A DNA stretch of 54,885 nt, taken from the NCBI GenBank assembly GCA_012974305.1, contig JAAXQN010000202.1, positions 1 through 54,885 on the forward strand, written 5' to 3'. How positions within the stretch are numbered: position 1 is the stretch's first letter; every line of letters begins with the position of its first letter. Both the position numbers and the translations under genes were made by a program. The notes below the pieces were generated by a model, which was not told the origin of the DNA, made no database searches, and saw only the letters and a program-made list of their open reading frames with translations. The stretch comes from Candidatus Methylomirabilis sp. (lineage in GTDB: Bacteria > Methylomirabilota > Methylomirabilia > Methylomirabilales > CSP1-5). Shown piece after piece: positions 49,621 to 54,885 of the stretch.

Positions 49621-49998
49621 GTGAAAGGGAAGAGCATCATCTTCGTCGCACTGTTGATCCTTGTCTGGAGCGGCTGTGCTACGCAAGAACCTCTCCCTCC
49701 CGGTCGTGTGGGGGAAGTCAGAGGAAAGGTAGTGCGTGTCGAGAGAGAGCAGGGATTAATTGCTGTCGGGACCAACTTGGAGGACGGGGAACAGTGGTTT
49801 CAGCTCAGGCCCTTCACCGCGGTGAGCGGGGCCGACGTTTCAAGTGCGAGTGCGTTGAAGGTCGGAGAGAGGGTATACGTGCGCTATCTTCAGGAACCGG
49901 CAACAGATCCTCCAGAGGTCCTCAGCATCACGGTGCTCCGGTACACGCTTAAACCAACAGGGAAAGGGCTCGGGAGCATCGGAATTCCTGGCTTCTGA
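49621..49998 (+). CDS. hypothetical lipoprotein
   Basis: GTG start 5 nt after GGAGG, and lipobox LVWSGC. Confidence 0.45.
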   Translation: MKGKSIIFVALLILVWSGCATQEPLPPGRVGEVRGKVVRVEREQGLIAVGTNLEDGEQWFQLRPFTAVSGADVSSASALKVGERVYVRYLQEPATDPPEVLSITVLRYTLKPTGKGLGSIGIPGF

Positions 49999-50115
49999 TG
50001 TGCCTGACACGAGACCCTTAACACGCAGCCTATCGTCTCTGCTACGGAAGTTCTCAATCTCCTTTGGCGCCGAACCCAGATAGGGCGGGTTACCTCACGC
50101 CGCGAACTGCCAGGT

Positions 50116-50493
50116 TCAAAGTAGGGGAAATTTCATCAGATCCATGAGCCGGTCCACATGCTGGTGGGCCACGGCTAAGAGAGTCTGCCGGTTCTCGCCG
50201 TCGGCCGGCTCCTCGTGGAGGAGAATGTACATAGCACCCTTCAGCGCCGTCAAAGATGTATGAACCTCGTTGACGACCGTCGCCAGGAAGTCTGTCTTGA
50301 GCTGGTTCTGCTGTAATGAAGCGTGAAGCTGCGCCTCGAATTGACCGGTCTCCAGGCGCTCGGGATAGTCTGAGAGTTCATTGGAGGGTGTTGTCAGCTG
50401 GTCCATTTCTCGGCCCAGACGGTCCGCAGCCAGTTGATAGGCCGCCACCAGCTGTTTGAAGGTCTGGACAAAGGTTTTCAGGTCTTCTTCCAT
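50116..50493 (-). CDS. stand-alone HisKA-like (phosphoacceptor/dimerisation) domain protein
   Basis: 125 aa. KTDFLATVVNEVHTSLTALKGAMYIL resembles an H-box. No ATPase domain is present. Confidence 0.5.
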   Translation of the reverse strand: MEEDLKTFVQTFKQLVAAYQLAADRLGREMDQLTTPSNELSDYPERLETGQFEAQLHASLQQNQLKTDFLATVVNEVHTSLTALKGAMYILLHEEPADGENRQTLLAVAHQHVDRLMDLMKFPLL

Positions 50494-50561
50494 TTTCTCT
50501 ATGTGGCAAAACTATCTTCCCGGGGATCAAATCCGCAGTGGTCTACGCGCGGCCGGAACCC

Positions 50562-51260
50562 CTACGTTCCGTTGTCGCTGCTTGTCTTCCCTGGCGACTC
50601 TTCCTCCTGATCGAGGACTTCCTGGAGGAGGGCACCGATGAGGAAGAACTCCTTGTCAATGTCGTCCTTAGTGAAGCGCAGGCCGTGAAGGAAGTCTTCC
50701 CCCACGGTCGGTGTGCGGGTCCACATCACCTCGGTCTCCGCCTCCATCAAGGGAAGGGTCAGCCCGGTGGGGGTCGCCACAAGCACGCGGGTCCGGGGAT
50801 CAAGTGCCTGGGGAAGGGTGATCATCAGCCCGCCGTCGCTGATGTTTTGGGCGCGACCTGGGAGGCGGGAATCCGGGGGAATGAGGCAGGCGATCTCGAG
50901 GTCGATCGGGATGCGGAGGGAGGACCGAGGTGTCGAGCCTGCCTGAAAGGCCATAAGCTGGTCCCAGATCCGATGGTCTGTCCCGGCCCACTTGGTGAAC
51001 TTGAGACCCATCTGGCCCGGGGTGCCTGCGCCCGTCCAGACCACCACGGCCTCGCTTCGGGCGTTCTGCCCTTCAGAATTCACGAGGATATTCGTGGGAG
51101 TGCCTGGTGCAAGGGTCTCCGGGACTTCGAGCAGCAGCCCGCCGTGGCTCACGTTGCGGGTCAGACCCACGGTCCGGTAACCGGGCACCGCGGAACTCTC
51201 GCAGAGGGCCGGCATGCGTAGTGGAAACCGGGGATGCTCACGGGTTTCAGTATAGCCCAT
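50562..51260 (-). CDS. tandem PilZ-domain protein
   Basis: Two RxxxR ... (D/N)xSxxG sets: REHPR...NVSHGG and RSSLR...NISDGG. Confidence 0.7.
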   Translation of the reverse strand: MGYTETREHPRFPLRMPALCESSAVPGYRTVGLTRNVSHGGLLLEVPETLAPGTPTNILVNSEGQNARSEAVVVWTGAGTPGQMGLKFTKWAGTDHRIWDQLMAFQAGSTPRSSLRIPIDLEIACLIPPDSRLPGRAQNISDGGLMITLPQALDPRTRVLVATPTGLTLPLMEAETEVMWTRTPTVGEDFLHGLRFTKDDIDKEFFLIGALLQEVLDQEEESPGKTSSDNGT

Positions 51261-51557
51261 AATCCTCGTATCCCATGCAAGGTCCAGACCGAATTCCCCC
51301 TTTTTCAGGTCTCCGAGGACAAATAGGCCTTCCGAGCGTCCATTGCCCCAGGAAGCAGGCCGTCACTTGAGAGCGGTAACAAAGAAGAGGTGAGTAACTT
51401 CCCGGATAGCATATAATCAGAGCTGTGACTGGAGCTTCGGCCACGGATCGCAGCGCGCCTGAGCTCTGTGTGTGTCTCTCGAAGACAATAACGACCGATT
51501 TGAGTCAGGGTGTGCACGAAGTGTTGATCGGCGGATCAGGGCGAGAGGGAGGGGTTT

Positions 51558-51947
51558 ATGGAAGTGATTCGGGGAAAGGATAGCGAGGCTCGACGCGGGG
51601 AGAGATTTACTGGGACGGCGTGGGTCGGGACGCCGCTCAAAGCGCAGCGGCCAGCGGGCATGAGAGTGTTCCTGGTGTTTTTCGAGCCCGGAGCCCGGAC
51701 ACACTGGCACGTACACGAGGGTGAGCAGACCCTTTATGTTGTTGCGGGGACAGGCCGGGTCCAGAAATCGGGCGACCCGGGGAGGGAGATCGGTCCTGGA
51801 GACATCGTGTACATCGCCCCGGGGGAGAAGCACTGGCACGGGGCGGGGCCACAAAATTCACTCTTGCACCTCGCGGTCACCACGGGTGGAGATACTGTGT
51901 GGATGGAGGAGGTGACGGGGGATGCGTACACGAAGGATTTCAATTGA
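51558..51947 (+). CDS. cupin-domain protein
   Basis: 129 aa with GARTHWHVHEGEQTLYV ... GEKHWHG. Confidence 0.75.
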   Translation: MEVIRGKDSEARRGERFTGTAWVGTPLKAQRPAGMRVFLVFFEPGARTHWHVHEGEQTLYVVAGTGRVQKSGDPGREIGPGDIVYIAPGEKHWHGAGPQNSLLHLAVTTGGDTVWMEEVTGDAYTKDFN

Positions 51948-52010
51948 GAAACTTCTGCAGTGAAATAAGCCATCACAGAGGGGATGGGTGCCGGTCTGAG
52001 CGTGTGCAGG

Positions 52011-53051
52011 CTAGAGCGGCAAGCTTATGGCCTGGCCCGACTGGGCGCTGCGTATTACCGCCTCGGTAAATTCCATGTACCGCGCGCCGTCCTCGAAGCT
52101 GGTGCATGTAACCCTCTCCTTGCCCCGGATCGCGTTGACAAACTCCTCCTCTACCCGCCAGCCTCCTCGCTCCTCCTCGGGGACGTCGACCGTTTGCAGC
52201 TCTTTGTCCCGCCGCCGTCCCCCGGAAATCTCGAGGGTGGAGGTATCAAGTCTCAAGGTGCCCTCGGTGCCGAAAAGCCACACCTCGTTCGTCGGCGCTA
52301 GGCCCGTGACAGCACTGAAGCGGAGGTGGGCGATCGCTCCACATGCCAGATTCGCGATAATATCCACGTGGTCTGGCACTGTCACCGCCCTGAGGACCCC
52401 ACTTGTGTCCTTCCGGTGAGGAACACACACCTTGGTCATGGCCATTACCCGGGTCGCGGGCCCCACCCAGCGCATCATTGACTCGTACCAGATACCCATG
52501 GTCAGGGTGTTGAAGCCGCTCAGGTCCGCATCGTGCCTCCAGTGTAAGGGGCTTTCCCTGTCCACAAAGTTCGGCTGCACCGCCCGAACCTCTACTGCCA
52601 GAATCTCTCCACAGTAGCCAGCAGTGATGAGCTTCTGGATGGGGCGGTCGACGGCCAGGGTGTGCGGCGCGGGGACCACCTGGGTTACAAGATGAGGGTG
52701 CTGGCGGGCTGCCTCGAGCATGGCATGGGCCTCTGCCGCATTCAACGCCATCCGTGCTTCGCACAGGACATGTTTGTCGTTTTCTAGTGCCGCGAGGGTG
52801 ACCGGACAGTGCATGTATGGCCACGTCCCGATGCAGATGGCATCGGTGTCCTCGGCCTCCACCAACTCCAACCAGTTATCATACACTTTGGGGATCCCGG
52901 ACTCCCGGGCTACGGACTCACTCGACTCCCGGCTGCGGTTAGCCACGCTGACAATCTCTACGCCCGGAATGGCCTTGAGCCCGGGGATGTGCTTCAGTCG
53001 CGTGTTCGCTCCCGCGCCGACGATTCCCACACGGATCCTCTCGATGTCCAT
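52011..53051 (-). CDS. Gfo/Idh/MocA-family oxidoreductase
   Basis: The start is taken at MDIERIRVGIVGAGANTR with RBS AGGAG. Rossmann N-terminus. Confidence 0.85.
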   Translation of the reverse strand: MDIERIRVGIVGAGANTRLKHIPGLKAIPGVEIVSVANRSRESSESVARESGIPKVYDNWLELVEAEDTDAICIGTWPYMHCPVTLAALENDKHVLCEARMALNAAEAHAMLEAARQHPHLVTQVVPAPHTLAVDRPIQKLITAGYCGEILAVEVRAVQPNFVDRESPLHWRHDADLSGFNTLTMGIWYESMMRWVGPATRVMAMTKVCVPHRKDTSGVLRAVTVPDHVDIIANLACGAIAHLRFSAVTGLAPTNEVWLFGTEGTLRLDTSTLEISGGRRRDKELQTVDVPEEERGGWRVEEEFVNAIRGKERVTCTSFEDGARYMEFTEAVIRSAQSGQAISLPL

Positions 53052-53287
53052 GGCATCTCCTTTCTGATGGAACATAGCTCCCTTGAGACAAGAGCAGTTT
53101 AGGCTTGACAGAGGATATACCTATAGGTGTACAAATAGGGTATCTCCATGCGACCCTTCGCCTTGTCGCGTAGGTGACCGATGAGGGGAGCGGAAAGCTC
53201 CCCAAAGGCAGGGCAAAATGAAACCGGGGTGAACATAGCCCCCGGGCCCACCCGTGGCAGTTTTGGTGGCGCACTTGACACTCGGAC

Positions 53288-53331
53288 GCCCTCCGGGGCA
53301 GAGCACGGCCCGGAGGGCACTTTCATTTTTT
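53288..53331 (+). terminator. rho-independent terminator with no upstream ORF
   Basis: Perfect 10-bp stem GCCCTCCGGG/CCCGGAGGGC with an 11-nt loop, followed by ACTTTCATTTTTT. Confidence 0.65.
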
Positions 53332-53505
53332 GGCCAGCAGGTTCACCCACTTTACCACGAACCGCTCCGAGGGAAGCAAAAGGACAGGTGGAATTTGATA
53401 TAGGGGGGTTGCCAACGAACGAGACTGTGTCTTTCTGAACAACAATGGGAAGTAAATAAAGCGGCTTCACCGCACCCGCTGGCAGGCAGAGACGGTAAAG
53501 CCGCC

Positions 53506-53563
53506 CGCTCCCGCCCAAGGTTAGAGGTGTGCGCCTCTATCTTGGGGCCGAGCGTTTTTGTTT
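53506..53563 (+). terminator. second terminator-like long hairpin
   Basis: CGCTCCCGCCCAAG ... CTTGGGGCCGAGCG (11 of 14 positions paired, enclosing an inner AGAGG/CCTCT hairpin), followed by TTTTTGTTT. Confidence 0.45.
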
Positions 53564-53711
53564 ATAGCACCCTGGCAAAGTTGAGGGCAACCTTTTTCTC
53601 CTCGCATAGGGCCCCGAGCGCTGGACTTCGGGGTGTTGATGCATAAGGGTAAGTGAGCTGAAAGGCTGACGAAGGGAGGGCACGGGACCGGGCCAAGAGG
53701 AGGTGAGAACG

Positions 53712-53858
53712 ATGGCTAATCCACCGACCTGCATCACGTGCGGGTCTGTCCTCACGGGCTACGGGTGGAGTAAGGAACTCAACTTTCCGGTACATTTCTG
53801 CGCAAGCTGCCCAGCCAAGGCCTCCCCCAAGACCGAGGTGGGGAGGGAAGCGGCCTAG
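53712..53858 (+). CDS. 48-aa zinc-ribbon protein (hypothetical)
   Basis: RBS AGGAGGTGA precedes MANPPTCITCGSVL...HFCASCPAK. Confidence 0.45.
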   Translation: MANPPTCITCGSVLTGYGWSKELNFPVHFCASCPAKASPKTEVGREAA

Positions 53859-53956
53859 CCTTTCGCAAATGAGGGACCCAAATTTCCGGGCCCGGTCCCT
53901 GCTCCTTTCGCAAAAGCCGTCGACACTGACCATTGTCTGTGCTTCACTTACCCCAG

Positions 53957-54004
53957 ACGCCTTCTCGGGAACAGTACGGCCCTGGAAGGCGTTTTTATTT
54001 TTAC
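53957..54004 (+). terminator. rho-independent terminator
   Basis: ACGCCTTC ... GAAGGCGT followed by TTTTTATTTTT. Confidence 0.65.
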
Positions 54005-54190
54005 CCTTTGTTCTTTGGATTTGACATGCACGGTGGAATAAAGAGTTATGGTGCTGTGATCTTAATTGAAAAGTGACTTGACCCGTTACTCTAAAGGGGG
54101 TAGTGTCCGCCGAATGTCATAGCCGAGAATTCCAGTGTCGGAAAGCGAATGTTGGACAAACTACTTATGAGTTAACGGGAGGGAGGTCGC

Positions 54191-54781
54191 ATGAGGCGAC
54201 GGCGCGTTTGTCTGGACTGTGCAACCATGCTCTTGGGGGCCTCGCTAATCCTGGTTGGTTGCACCACGAAACCCGGGGTGCAGACAGCCGGGTCGGCGAT
54301 GAAAGGTCCCGGGGCGGCGCCGAGGCCGCAAGGCAAGGTCGAGGAGGAGAAAATTCCCCCGCCGGTATCGATTCGGGAGGTCACGGTGACACCTAGGGTC
54401 TCAGAGCGGCCAGAAGCGGGCCTGGGTTCGGCGGTGGCCGAAGAGTCCCCTTTGAAAGATGTGCTCTTCGACTTTCGGAAGTCCGCCCTAAGGGAGGATG
54501 CCAAACAGACCCTAAAGAACAACATCCAGTGGCTCAAGGCGAATCCTCATGCCCTAATTCTGATCGAGGGTCACGCCGATGAACGGGGGACCAACGAGTA
54601 CAATTTGGCACTGGGGGAACGCCGGGCGAAGACGATTCGTGACTTCCTCGTGGCTGGGAACGTTCATGCCAAGCGAGTTTCCATCATCAGTTATGGTGAG
54701 GAACGGCCCTTTGTCCTGGGGCACGATGAATCCGCATGGAAATGGAACCGCCGGGGCCACTTTAACCTGGGTTCCCCTTAG
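54191..54781 (+). CDS. pal: peptidoglycan-associated lipoprotein (OmpA-family)
   Basis: Lipobox LILVGC and OmpA C-terminal motifs (IEGHADERGTNEYNLALGERRA). Confidence 0.85.
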   Translation: MRRRRVCLDCATMLLGASLILVGCTTKPGVQTAGSAMKGPGAAPRPQGKVEEEKIPPPVSIREVTVTPRVSERPEAGLGSAVAEESPLKDVLFDFRKSALREDAKQTLKNNIQWLKANPHALILIEGHADERGTNEYNLALGERRAKTIRDFLVAGNVHAKRVSIISYGEERPFVLGHDESAWKWNRRGHFNLGSP

Positions 54782-54885
54782 GGGAATCAGTACCCGGTCC
54801 GAAACTTTCAGCTTCTCGGGCCCATATCCGAGAACCTCATCGTAATGCGCCGTCTACTTAACTGTTGCTAGTGCCGTTCCAACTA

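Noticed and set aside
53190-53260. A c-di-GMP-I or cobalamin riboswitch in the orphan transcript
   Set aside because: Only short look-alike strings are present (CAGGGCAAA, GGUGAAC...CCCCCGG). The expected P1b GNRA hairpin and receptor, and the B12 box, are not.

Overview
High-GC bacterial chromosomal window, densely coding on both strands with Shine-Dalgarno-led genes. The core is a complete de novo pyrimidine operon on the minus strand (pyrR-pyrB-pyrC-carA-carB-pyrK-pyrD, 31085 down to 21512) with a PyrR-type attenuator leader. Also present: a class-V aminotransferase-serA-hisZ-purA cluster, ligA, uppS, pal, tRNA-Glu(UUC), tRNA-Lys(UUU), and many small hydrolase, redox and hypothetical genes. 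The left ~7.7 kb looks mosaic. It holds gene remnants, a visibly AT-richer small-gene island with a MerE-like ORF, and an ankyrin lipoprotein gene split by an inverted mltB segment flanked by a perfect 54-nt direct repeat. The most unusual signals are: (1) heptanucleotide-periodic, often inverted, repeat arrays that fill almost every spacer of the pyr operon, sit in frame inside carA, pyrK and pyrC, and encode the C-terminal tails of pyrD and pyrR; (2) carB broken by an internal loss of roughly 0.14 kb plus a frameshift; (3) a TlpA/thioredoxin-fold gene with an in-frame UGA at the first Cys of the CxxC motif and a SECIS-like hairpin, so a likely selenoprotein; (4) an AT-richer IPCT/DIPPS-like bifunctional gene next to tRNA-Lys; (5) ORF-free structured stretches (7047-7703 and 53105-53563) that may be unclassified RNAs. 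I saw no CRISPR array, rRNA, transposase or recognisable defence system. All homology calls come from motif reading by eye, not database searches.
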